Part shown: piece after piece, positions 10,674-19,409 of the stretch | Layout: every line of letters starts with the position of its first letter | How positions within the stretch are numbered: position 1 is the stretch's first letter | Source: an uncultured Eubacteriales bacterium | GTDB lineage: Bacteria > Acidobacteriota > Aminicenantia > Aminicenantales > Aminicenantaceae | NCBI GenBank assembly: GCA_964348015.1 | Contig: CAYGBC010000039.1 | Span: 77,998-141,997 of the forward strand | Direction of reading: 5' to 3' | Length of the DNA: 64,000 bases | Notes under the pieces: model-generated | Seen by the model: the letters and a program-made list of their open reading frames with translations, nothing else | What the model was told of the DNA's origin: nothing | The model's database searches: none | Program-made: the position numbers and the translations under genes

Positions 10674-10702
10674 CTTATAACAGAGCTAAGTTTCGTTGTC
10701 AA
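10674..10702 (-). promoter_or_regulatory. candidate sigma70-type promoter for the kinase-like membrane protein / methyltransferase operon
   Basis: On the minus strand: TTGACA (10702-10697), 17-nt spacer, TATAAG (10679-10674). Confidence 0.45.
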
Positions 10703-10814
10703 TCCGGCAAAGAAATGGCCGGTGGAAGGTGATAGGGGATGTGTTCAAGGATGTCCACGCCTTAACTCAAAATCTCACATCAAATAGCGGGATCAAAGAG
10801 ACGGAAGACATTTT

Positions 10815-12281
10815 TCAAACAAGGCCTGTGTTCTGGTTAAACTCCTCTATAAGCCGGTCGATCTCATCCGCTTTCGACTGAATCCTGTGCCAGTATTCTG
10901 GGTAATCCGCCCACTGAGCATTCAGCTCATCCACGTCCTTTCCCTGCTGCTCGATCCAGGTGAAGTATTTCAAGTTATGGATTCGTTTTCTGTCGGGGAA
11001 GGCGAGTTCGAGCATGTGGTCCACTCTCATGCCCAGGAGAGAACGATGATAGTCTTTTGCCGCATCGAGTTCTGAGTATTTTCCATGGGCATGGCGGAGT
11101 TCCTCCAAACGGCTTCGGTAGAGTTCCATCGAATCGGTGAATACGGTCAGGATGATGTCTGCGGACGTGAGCTCGTAGTATTTGGAGAACTTGATGGCGG
11201 CCAGAAGGTTGCTCACGCTCGAGATTCCGAGGAGAGCGAGGTCAGTCACCGCGGCTTCGGAAATTCCCTGATTTTTTAAGAATTCCATCCCCTCTGGTTC
11301 GTTGAACAGCCTGATGAGGTTCATGCAGTCGCTGTCGTCCACAGCGATGACCATGTCGGTATTTCGAATGTTGTGGATCCACGGCACGTGTTTGTCCCCG
11401 ATTCCTTCAATCCGGTGCGCCCCATAACCGCAGCGAAGGAGCGTGGGGCATTGGAGGGCTTCTCCCGCAGCGATCTTGGATGCGGGGAATTTCTGTTTGA
11501 GATAGTCTCCGCATCCAGACACTGTCCCGGAAGAACCGGATGTGGCCACGAAGCCAGTGAACCGCTTGTTTTCACTTAGGATTTTCGCGAGAACTTCTTC
11601 GGCCGCACTCCCGGTGACAGAGTAATGCCAGAGGTAATTGCCGAATTCATCGAACTGGTTGAAGACCGCGACATTCTCCCGTGCTTCCCGGAGCTCCCAG
11701 CACTTGTCGAAGACCTCCTTGACGTTGCTTTCGCTGCCAGGGGTCTTGATCACTTCCCCTGCGACAGTCGAGAGCCACTCGTAGCGCTCTCGACTCATTT
11801 CTTCGGGAAGGATTGCGATGGATTCGCAGGCCAGAAGGGCCGCATTGTATGCGCCCCCGCGGCAGAAATTGCCGGTAGAGGGCCAAACCGCTTGTTGGCA
11901 TGTGGGATCGAACTGGCCTGTGACCAGCCTCGGAACCAGGCAGCCGAAAGTGGCTCCGACTTTGTGAGAACCCGTGGGAAACCATTTGCCGACAAGGCCG
12001 ATGATGCGGGCATCGACTCCGGTCAGCTCTCCCGGCAGTTCGAGAAAATTGACGTCTCCGAAACCTCCGCCTTTGGCGGCAGGCGCATTCTTCCAGCTGA
12101 TCCTGAAGAGGTTGGATGGATCGACCTCCCACAGTCCGGTGCCTTCGAGCTTTTCTCTTACTTTTTTTGGGATCAATTCCGGGTTTCTCATCTGTTTGAA
12201 TGTCGGGATGATGATGTTGCGTTCCCTGGCCCGCTGGATCGCTTTTGTGAGGTTTTTTTCGTTCTTTGTCAGGTCTATCAT
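10815..12281 (-). CDS. fold-type II PLP-dependent enzyme (Trp-synthase-beta/cysteine-synthase-like superfamily) with a long C-terminal extension; substrate unknown
   Basis: Lys-containing PTGSHKVGATFG motif and a Gly-rich ATSGSSGTVSG loop. The track start at 12341 is TTG and overlaps manC by 44 nt. The first ATG at 12281 lies 16 nt after the manC stop. Confidence 0.65.
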   Translation of the reverse strand: MIDLTKNEKNLTKAIQRARERNIIIPTFKQMRNPELIPKKVREKLEGTGLWEVDPSNLFRISWKNAPAAKGGGFGDVNFLELPGELTGVDARIIGLVGKWFPTGSHKVGATFGCLVPRLVTGQFDPTCQQAVWPSTGNFCRGGAYNAALLACESIAILPEEMSRERYEWLSTVAGEVIKTPGSESNVKEVFDKCWELREARENVAVFNQFDEFGNYLWHYSVTGSAAEEVLAKILSENKRFTGFVATSGSSGTVSGCGDYLKQKFPASKIAAGEALQCPTLLRCGYGAHRIEGIGDKHVPWIHNIRNTDMVIAVDDSDCMNLIRLFNEPEGMEFLKNQGISEAAVTDLALLGISSVSNLLAAIKFSKYYELTSADIILTVFTDSMELYRSRLEELRHAHGKYSELDAAKDYHRSLLGMRVDHMLELAFPDRKRIHNLKYFTWIEQQGKDVDELNAQWADYPEYWHRIQSKADEIDRLIEEFNQNTGLV

Positions 12282-12297
12282 AATGGAATGTTTCTCG

Positions 12298-13374
12298 CTA
12301 CAGATATTCTGTTTTTTTCTTTTTTTCGAGATCTCCGACAATATCCTTCACTTTCTGGTCCTGGTTTCTGTGAGCGATGAGCAGCACATCCCCTGTGTTG
12401 ACGACGATGATGTCCTTCACTCCGATCAAGGCCGTCAGCTTTTCGGGATTGTAGACGAGACAATCCTGGGAATCCTGGATAATATTATCTCCACGCAGGA
12501 CATTTCCCGCTTTGTCATGAGGCCATATGTCGGTGAGAGACGACCAGGCCCCCACATCGGACCAGCCAAAATCACCTCTGGCCATCAGGACGCCCTCGGC
12601 CTTTTCCATCAGGGCATAGTCGATAGAGATGGAAGGCATATCTTCAAACAGGGATGCGATTCGCGCTTCATCGTTGGTCTTGAGCGCTTCCTGGATTTGT
12701 GTCCAATAGGAGAACATCTCTGGGGAAAAACGTCCCAGCTTTTGTGCGAAAACATCTGCCTGCCAGAGGAACATCCCTGAATTCCAGAAGTAATTTCCTT
12801 GCTTGAGAAAGGTTTTGGCTTGCTTGAGATCCGGTTTTTCCTTGAATTCCTGGACCGCATAAAAAGGTTCATCCAGGGAACGGACGGGGCGATCTGCGGA
12901 GAACCGGATGTATCCGTATCCAGTCGCTGGAGAGGTGGGGGGAACTCCGAATGTGATCAGATAGTCTCCGCTTGATGCGGCTGCGGCTGCAGCCTCAAGC
13001 TTCCGGAGAAAATGCGTGGAATCTTTTATGAGATGGTCAGCGGGCAAGGCCGCCAGGACCGCTTTTGGATTCTGAAGATGGATCCAGGCTGTCGCCAGTA
13101 TCAAGGAGGGGGCCGTGTTTCTTCCCGCGGGCTCTATCAGGAGGTTCTTCTGCGGGAGATCAGGGAGAATGCTTTTAATCATCTCAGTCTTTTCGGGATC
13201 TGCGATGGTGTAGATGTTTTTGAGAGCAATTTGAGAGGAAAGGCGGTCGACCGTCTCCTCGATCATCGTTTTTTCGCTCACGATCGGGAGAAACTGTTTC
13301 GGCCGAGCCTTTCGGCTCACCGGCCAGAATCGTTTGCCTGATCCTCCTGCCAGGATGATGACTCGAAGATCCAT
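12298..13374 (-). CDS. manC: mannose-1-phosphate guanylyltransferase
   Basis: ILAGGSGKRFWPVSR nucleotidyltransferase motif. The ATG at 13374 is preceded by GAAGGAG. The track start at 13395 is GTG. Confidence 0.85.
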   Translation of the reverse strand: MDLRVIILAGGSGKRFWPVSRKARPKQFLPIVSEKTMIEETVDRLSSQIALKNIYTIADPEKTEMIKSILPDLPQKNLLIEPAGRNTAPSLILATAWIHLQNPKAVLAALPADHLIKDSTHFLRKLEAAAAAASSGDYLITFGVPPTSPATGYGYIRFSADRPVRSLDEPFYAVQEFKEKPDLKQAKTFLKQGNYFWNSGMFLWQADVFAQKLGRFSPEMFSYWTQIQEALKTNDEARIASLFEDMPSISIDYALMEKAEGVLMARGDFGWSDVGAWSSLTDIWPHDKAGNVLRGDNIIQDSQDCLVYNPEKLTALIGVKDIIVVNTGDVLLIAHRNQDQKVKDIVGDLEKKKKTEYL

Positions 13375-13533
13375 TTTAAGCTCCTTCAAAAACACTGTAA
13401 AATGTTGATTCTAATAATAATAAATGATATAGACGGGTCGGGTTTCGACTTCCAATTGCTATCATAAGGAGTATGAATTATACATCTTCGAATCAAAAAT
13501 AGAAAATGAAGCCCTGATCCCGTGCTTTTGGAT

Positions 13534-13842
13534 GGTTCTCTTCCAGATATTGTGGATAAAATACGCGGGAATGAAAGAAGCGACCTTGAAGATTTAGCCT
13601 TCCTGAACCGTCCACCGAGGGAAGCCGATGATATCGGCCGCCGAGCATGTTTGAGCACGAGAGGATCAATTTGATGAAAAAAGATGGAGTCCAAGCATCC
13701 GGTCCAAAGTGACATGCCTTGAATGCGGAGTTGCGCGGGCGCCGAGGAGGAAAGGAAAGGACTGGCGCTGAAAATTTGAAGGGAGCGCTGCCATTTCCGT
13801 GTATTTGAGTCATTAATTAACCTACACAGAAAGGAAAAGAAC
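13534..13842 (-). repeat. copy 1 of a two-copy imperfect-palindromic intergenic element (core 13559-13804), non-coding
   Basis: The reverse complement aligns with 53628-53944. The 5' arm is about 65 nt and the 3' arm about 90 nt, each roughly 85-90% identical by eye. The centres are divergent. Termini are inverted repeats (ATACACGGAAATG / CATTCCCGCGTAT), flanked by an outer inverted repeat GGTTCTTTTCC / GGAAGAGAACC. Confidence 0.75.
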
Positions 13843-13904
13843 CAATTGGATTCACCTCTGCAAAATCTTGAGGAAGAAACTCTGAGTCAAGAAGAGATAC
13901 AGGA

Positions 13905-15326
13905 TCAAGACTGTCCCAACTTTTGGATGACATCCTCGATGACTTGTTTGACTTCGCTCTCAATACTCTCGAGGTCTTTCTCTGTCTCCGCTTCAAAACG
14001 GAGAACCAGGACTTCTTGAGTGTTGGAGGCGCGAACCAGGCCCCACCCCCGGGGATAGAGGGCCCTGACTCCGTCAATATCGATGATCGGATATTTTTTG
14101 GATAATTCATTTTTGACTTCTTCCACGATCTGGAATTTGACTTCGTCCGATGCGTAGACTCGGATTTCTGGGGTGTGGAAGGTTTTGGGAAGGTCTGAGA
14201 GCATCTGGGAGATTTTTTTGTCTGACCGGGAAAGGAGTTCCAGCAGACGGGCTGAAGAATAAATGGCGTCGTCGAACCCGAAGAACCGGTCCGCAAAGAA
14301 AATATGTCCACTCATCTCTCCGGCCAGAAGAGCCTTTTCTTCCTTGATCTTTTTCTTGATAAAAGAATGCCCCGTTTTCCACATGATCGGGCGCCCTCCC
14401 CACTTTTCAATCTCGTCATACAGGACTTTCGAGGCCTTCACCTCTGAGATGATCGGAGCACCGGGATTTGAGGGGAGGACATCCCGCGCAAAAAGCACCA
14501 TCAGCATATCTCCCCAGATAATATTTCCGACATCGTCGATAACGCCGATCCTGTCTCCATCCCCGTCGTAGGCGATTCCCAGGTCAGCATGGGTTTCTTT
14601 CACTTTTTGAATCAGGTCTTCAAGAGCTTCGGGGAGAGTGGGATCCGGATGATGATTCGGGAAGTTGCCGTCCATCTCACAGTAGATATCGATGACCTCA
14701 CAGCCCATTTTCTTGAAAATCGGGACCGCAACAACACCTGCAGTCCCGTTCCCGGCGTCCACGACCACTTTCAGCTTTTTGTCAAGCTTGACCGTGTTTA
14801 AAACGTAATCCTGGTATTCAGGGACGATATTGTAATCTTTGTGATCCGTGCTCTTCTCTTCTCTGAAATCTCCGCTTTGGATGAGAGCGAGAATGTCCTG
14901 GATGGCTTCTCCGTAGAGCGTTTCCTCTCCCACCATCATTTTGAAGCCGTTGTATTCGGGCGGATTGTGGGAGCCGGTGATGATCACGCCCGCTTCCATC
15001 TTTTTTTGGTACATGGTGAAATAGAGCAAAGGAGTGGGGATGATGCCAAGGTCAACGACCTGACACCCTGCCGAAAGAAGTCCTTTGGTCAACGATTCGG
15101 AGAAGACGGGAGAGCTCAGGCGGCAGTCACGTCCCAGTGCGACATTTTGACTTTTGTTCTTGCGGAAATAAGAACCGATTCCCTTGCCTAAATATTCTAC
15201 GGTTTTCGGAGTCAGGTCTTTATCAACAATTCCTCGGATGTCATACTGTCTGAAAATTTCAGGATTGATTTTCACCTTTTCCTCCTCCATATAATCAGCT
15301 TGAAAAAATCCGGAGGGAAGGACCAT
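13905..15326 (-). CDS. manB: phosphomannomutase/phosphoglucomutase
   Basis: TGSHNPPEYNGFK phosphoserine loop and DGDGDR metal site. An alternative ATG at 15290 gives MEEEKVKINPEIFRQYDIRG. Confidence 0.88.
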   Translation of the reverse strand: MVLPSGFFQADYMEEEKVKINPEIFRQYDIRGIVDKDLTPKTVEYLGKGIGSYFRKNKSQNVALGRDCRLSSPVFSESLTKGLLSAGCQVVDLGIIPTPLLYFTMYQKKMEAGVIITGSHNPPEYNGFKMMVGEETLYGEAIQDILALIQSGDFREEKSTDHKDYNIVPEYQDYVLNTVKLDKKLKVVVDAGNGTAGVVAVPIFKKMGCEVIDIYCEMDGNFPNHHPDPTLPEALEDLIQKVKETHADLGIAYDGDGDRIGVIDDVGNIIWGDMLMVLFARDVLPSNPGAPIISEVKASKVLYDEIEKWGGRPIMWKTGHSFIKKKIKEEKALLAGEMSGHIFFADRFFGFDDAIYSSARLLELLSRSDKKISQMLSDLPKTFHTPEIRVYASDEVKFQIVEEVKNELSKKYPIIDIDGVRALYPRGWGLVRASNTQEVLVLRFEAETEKDLESIESEVKQVIEDVIQKLGQS

Positions 15327-15445
15327 GTTCGTCTTTCATTCGATGCCGTTTTCCTTCCCATAGAGTCGACATTGCCCTGGGCTGTTGTCTTCGGATTCCT
15401 TCCTGTTATGGTCTGGTTCTGTGTTCCCGGCGAAGCCGTCAGATT

Positions 15446-15994
15446 CTAAAATTTAAATTCTTTCTGTTCAGTCAAAGTCTTGAAGTTTTCTTCGATTTCA
15501 CTCCATTTGCCCTGGGACTCCAGGATGAACTCGATAAATTCCCGGACCGCGCCCTTGCCTCCGGGTTGAGTGCAGATGAAATGGCTGAATTTTTTGAGCT
15601 CCGGATGCGCATCGGCCACAGCGCCGGCCAGGCCCACGGATTTGAGGACGGCGAGGTCGCCGATGTCGTCCCCTATGTAGGCGATCTGCTCGGGTTTGAG
15701 CTTGGTTTTTTCCAGGATTTCAGAAAGAGCTCTTTTCTTATCCAAGATTCCCTGGTGAACGGTAAAAATCTTCAACTTCTCGGCTCTTTTTTCCAGAGGT
15801 TTTGATGTTTTTCCGGTGATGATCCCTGTTTTCAATCCGGCCAGGTAAGCGAGCAGAATACCGGCGCCGTCCTTGACATTGTAAGACTTGAGCTCTTCAC
15901 CATCGGGGAGCAAGAGAATGTTTCCGTCCGTGAGTGTGCCATCCACGTCCATGACGATCATTCTGATCTTGCGTGCTCGGTCTTTCGCATTCAT
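15446..15994 (-). CDS. kdsC: KDO 8-phosphate phosphatase (HAD family)
   Basis: DVDGTLTDG and GDDIGD HAD motifs. The ATG at 15994 overlaps the kdsD stop by 1 nt. The track start at 16015 is GTG. Confidence 0.8.
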   Translation of the reverse strand: MNAKDRARKIRMIVMDVDGTLTDGNILLLPDGEELKSYNVKDGAGILLAYLAGLKTGIITGKTSKPLEKRAEKLKIFTVHQGILDKKRALSEILEKTKLKPEQIAYIGDDIGDLAVLKSVGLAGAVADAHPELKKFSHFICTQPGGKGAVREFIEFILESQGKWSEIEENFKTLTEQKEFKF

Positions 15995-16965
15995 CAGAAC
16001 ATCTCTGTGCGCCACAGGTCATGGAGATGGATGATCCCTTCGATTTTTCCCCCTTTGTCCTTGATGATCAAGGAGGTGATTTTGTTCTCCTCCATGATAT
16101 TCAAAGCCGTCGTGGCGAGATCCTCCTTGTTGACTGTCAGGGCGTCTGGTGTCATGCAGTCTTGAGCCGTCTTCTCCAGGAAGCTCTTGCCGAATTCCTG
16201 GATTCTCCGCCTCAAGTCACCATCGGTGATGATCCCGACAAGCTTCTCCTCATCATCCACGACGCATGTCATTCCCAGCTTTTTCCTGGATATCTCTTGG
16301 ATGACATCTTTCATCGGAGCTTCAAGAGAAACCCGGGCGATATCCCTGCCTTTGTGCATCAAGCTTTCTATCTTGAGAAGCTTTTTTCCCGCCTCTCCCT
16401 TGGGATGGACAACCGCAAAATCCTTTTCTCCGAATCCTTTTTTCTTCATTAAAGCGATGGCAATAGCGTCTCCCATAGCCAGAGCGGCCGTGGAACTCGC
16501 TGTGGGGACCAGGCCGTTCGGCTCGGCTTCCTTTTCCACCCGTGCTTCCAGGGAGATGTCGCTGTACTGGGCCAGTTTGGATTTTTTATTCCCTGTGATA
16601 CTGATGAGCTTTATCCCCGCCCTTTTAAAGAAATCCAGGAGGTCGAGAATCTCCTTTGTTTCCCCGCTGTAGGAGATAGCAATCAGGATATCTTCTTTGA
16701 CGATCATTCCGAGGTCTCCGTGCCCGGCTTCAGCCGGGTGGATGAACAGAGCCGGCGTTCCGCAGCTGGAGAGCGTGGCGGCAATCTTCCGGCCGACGAG
16801 ACCGGATTTTCCCATCCCTGTGACGATGACACGGGATTTTGAGTTGAACAGAAGTTCAACGGCATTATAAAAATTTTCATTCAGGTTGGCAGCCAGTGTT
16901 TTAACCGCCTCTGCCTCGATGCTCAGGACTTTTTTCCCGGTTTGAATAATTTCGTCTTTTGTCAT
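15994..16965 (-). CDS. kdsD: arabinose-5-phosphate isomerase (SIS + tandem CBS)
   Basis: 323 aa with the SIS motif VTGMGKSG and a C-terminal CBS pair. Confidence 0.87.
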   Translation of the reverse strand: MTKDEIIQTGKKVLSIEAEAVKTLAANLNENFYNAVELLFNSKSRVIVTGMGKSGLVGRKIAATLSSCGTPALFIHPAEAGHGDLGMIVKEDILIAISYSGETKEILDLLDFFKRAGIKLISITGNKKSKLAQYSDISLEARVEKEAEPNGLVPTASSTAALAMGDAIAIALMKKKGFGEKDFAVVHPKGEAGKKLLKIESLMHKGRDIARVSLEAPMKDVIQEISRKKLGMTCVVDDEEKLVGIITDGDLRRRIQEFGKSFLEKTAQDCMTPDALTVNKEDLATTALNIMEENKITSLIIKDKGGKIEGIIHLHDLWRTEMF

Positions 16966-16981
16966 AGCGTTTTATTATACT

Positions 16982-17830
16982 CTATGTGCGGCCCTGATTC
17001 CCATCTCTCGCTTTTTCAATCCGGAGCAAGACTTCGAGAATATTTTTTAATTCTTTTATATTCAATGAGTTATGCTTGTCCGAGAGGGCCTTGGAGGGAT
17101 TGTCGTGGATTTCGAGAAAGACTCCGTCTGCGCCGACGCTGACTCCAGCCTTGGCCACAGAAGGTATGAATTCCGCATCTCCTCCGGATGATTTTCCCTC
17201 GCCTCCCGGCTTTTGGACGCTGTGCGAGGCGTCAATGACGACTGGAAATCCCAATTTTTTCATGACCGGAATAGACCGGATATCAAAAACTAAGTTATTG
17301 TAACCATAGGAGTTGCCCCTTTCCGTGAGGATTATTTTTTCGTTATTCTGGCTGGCTGCTTTCTCAACGACATTTTTCATCTCATACGGAGAAAGAAACT
17401 GCCCCTTTTTTATGTTGAGCGGTTTTTGAGTCTGGGCTGCCGTCACGAGTAGATCTGTTTGGCGGCAGAGAAGAGCCGGGATCTGGATCACATCCAGAAT
17501 ACGCGCGGCCTTTTCGACCTGACTTGTTTCATGCACGTCAGAGAGGACAGGGACACTGGCTTCCTTTTTAACAAGATCCAGGATTTCCAGGCCCGATTCC
17601 AGCCCTGGCCCTCGATAGGATGATACAGAGGACCGGTTGGCCTTATCGAAGGAAGACTTGAAAATGAAGCTCACGCCGAGTTCCTGGCAGATGTTTTTTA
17701 TTTCTTTGGCCATGAACAGAACATGGTCTTGACTTTCGATGACGCAGGGGCCTCCGATCAGGAATAAGGGATGGTCCCCCCCGATTTTAACTTTTTCGTT
17801 TATGGATATTTCTTTTGAGACGATAGGCAT
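16982..17830 (-). CDS. kdsA: 2-dehydro-3-deoxyphosphooctonate aldolase (KDO8P synthase)
   Basis: 282 aa with a KdsA-like N-terminus (LFLIGGPCVIES) and DASHSVQ. It overlaps the pyrG 3' end by 44 nt. Confidence 0.9.
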   Translation of the reverse strand: MPIVSKEISINEKVKIGGDHPLFLIGGPCVIESQDHVLFMAKEIKNICQELGVSFIFKSSFDKANRSSVSSYRGPGLESGLEILDLVKKEASVPVLSDVHETSQVEKAARILDVIQIPALLCRQTDLLVTAAQTQKPLNIKKGQFLSPYEMKNVVEKAASQNNEKIILTERGNSYGYNNLVFDIRSIPVMKKLGFPVVIDASHSVQKPGGEGKSSGGDAEFIPSVAKAGVSVGADGVFLEIHDNPSKALSDKHNSLNIKELKNILEVLLRIEKARDGNQGRT

Positions 17831-19409
17831 AGCTTGCTCCGATAAAGGCTTTGAAGAGAGGATGTGGGTCCAGAGGCTTGGATTTGAATTCCGGATGGAA
17901 CTGGCAACCGAGAAACCAGGGATGGTCCTTGATTTCCACGATCTCCACCAAATCGTGGTCAGGATTTTTTCCAGAGATGAAGAGGCCTGCCTGGGCCAGA
18001 ATTTTTTCGTATTCGGGATTGAATTCGTAGCGGTGGCGGTGGCGCTCGTAAATGCTCAGTTTCCCATAGGCTCTTTCCGCAAAAGACCCTTTTTCCAGGT
18101 TACAAAGATACTGGCCCAGCCTCATGGTGCCGCCCAGGTCTTTGACTCCTTTGAGTTCCCTCCATTTGAAGAATATTTTGTGCGGAGTTCGGGCGTTGAA
18201 CTCAGTGCTGTTGGCGTTTTTGAGCGAGGCGGGATTCCGCGCATACTCGATAGCCGCTGCCTGCATCCCCAAGCAGATGCCGAAAAATGGCACCTTCTGT
18301 CGGCGCGCGTAAGTCACCGCTTTAATTTTTCCCTCGATTCCCCTCACTCCGAATCCGCCGGGAACCAGAATCCCGTCTGCATCCCGCAGGATTTCCTCCG
18401 GCTTGCCGGCTTCGATGTCTTCAGCTTCGATCCAGGATATGTTGACTTTGAGCCTGTGGGCGATTCCTCCATGATACAAGGCCTGGTTGAGACTCATGTA
18501 GGAATCTTGAAGCCCTGCGTACTTGCCGACCAGAGCGATGTTGACTTCTCCGTCCGGGGTTTTCATTCTGTTCACCAGAGTTTTCCAGCGGGCGAGATTC
18601 CTTCTTCTCTGAGGGAGCTTCAGCTGTTGGAGTATGATCCTGTCCAGGTTCTCCCGGGCATAATGAAGCGGGATTTCGTAGACGTTATCCACATCTTTGG
18701 CTGTGATCACGGCTTCTAGAGGGACGTTGGTGAAGAGTGAAATCTTGGACTTAATATCCTGCCGCAGAGCCCTGTCCGTGCGGCAGAGAATAACGTCCGG
18801 CTGGATTCCTATGGCCTGGAGTTCCCGGACGCTGTGCTGAGTGGGTTTCGTTTTGAGCTCTCCAGATGTCTGGATAAAAGGGACCAGTGTCAGGTGGATA
18901 AAGACCGTTTGATCCTGACCGAGTGAGAGTCGCATCTGTCTTGTGGCTTCGAGGAATGGTTGGCTTTCGATGTCCCCCACGGTCCCGCCGATTTCCACGA
19001 TCACGATATCGTTTTTATCTGCTGCCGCATAGAATGCCTTTTTGATTTCATCAGTGACATGAGGGATAACCTGGACAGTTTTGCCCAGATATTCCCCTTT
19101 GCGCTCTTTTCTGATGATCTCTTCATAGATCTGTCCGGCTGTCCAGTTATGGGCTTTAGTCGTTTGAGTCGAGGTGAACCGTTCGTAATGGCCAAGGTCC
19201 AGGTCGGTCTCAGCTCCGTCATCCGTGACGTAGACCTCCCCGTGCTGGAAGGGATTCATCGTGCCCGGATCGATGTTGAGGTAAGGGTCGAACTTCTGGA
19301 GTGTGATTTTGTACCCATGGCTTTCCAGGAGTGCTCCGAGAGAAGAGGCGGCGATGCCCTTTCCCAGTGCCGAAAGGACTCCTCCTGTGATGAAAATGAA
19401 CTTTGTCAT
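17787..19409 (-). CDS. pyrG: CTP synthase
   Basis: 540 aa with MTKFIFITGGVLSALGKG and the GATase GICLGMQ Cys motif. Confidence 0.95.
   Translation of the reverse strand: MTKFIFITGGVLSALGKGIAASSLGALLESHGYKITLQKFDPYLNIDPGTMNPFQHGEVYVTDDGAETDLDLGHYERFTSTQTTKAHNWTAGQIYEEIIRKERKGEYLGKTVQVIPHVTDEIKKAFYAAADKNDIVIVEIGGTVGDIESQPFLEATRQMRLSLGQDQTVFIHLTLVPFIQTSGELKTKPTQHSVRELQAIGIQPDVILCRTDRALRQDIKSKISLFTNVPLEAVITAKDVDNVYEIPLHYARENLDRIILQQLKLPQRRRNLARWKTLVNRMKTPDGEVNIALVGKYAGLQDSYMSLNQALYHGGIAHRLKVNISWIEAEDIEAGKPEEILRDADGILVPGGFGVRGIEGKIKAVTYARRQKVPFFGICLGMQAAAIEYARNPASLKNANSTEFNARTPHKIFFKWRELKGVKDLGGTMRLGQYLCNLEKGSFAERAYGKLSIYERHRHRYEFNPEYEKILAQAGLFISGKNPDHDLVEIVEIKDHPWFLGCQFHPEFKSKPLDPHPLFKAFIGASYAYRLKRNIHKRKS

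Noticed and set aside
13551-13559. Perfect DnaA box TGTGGATAA (TTATCCACA on the minus strand) at the edge of repeat copy 1.
   Set aside because: It is a single isolated 9-mer, and one such hit is expected by chance in 128 kb of two-strand sequence. The equivalent position in copy 2 is not a DnaA box, and there is no cluster or AT-rich unwinding element.
13744-13766. GAGGAGGAAAGGAAAGGACTGG on the plus strand of copy 1 resembles the RNase P RNA P4 sequence GAGGAAAGTCCGG.
   Set aside because: The resemblance is partial. None of the other universally conserved RNase P RNA segments is present, and the same region in copy 2 reads GAGGAGGAATTTTGAAGGACTGG.
13386-13813. ORFs drawn through the repeat elements: 13386-13715 and 13493-13813 on the minus strand, 53578-54006 on the plus strand, and 53463-54047 on the minus strand. 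They share peptide strings such as RRPISSASL…KAKSS.
   Set aside because: The shared peptide simply reflects about 87% DNA identity. The reading-frame relationship between the two conserved arms differs between copies (centre length 90 versus 160 nt plus an indel). Substitutions are not biased to third positions, and no start or RBS context is conserved.
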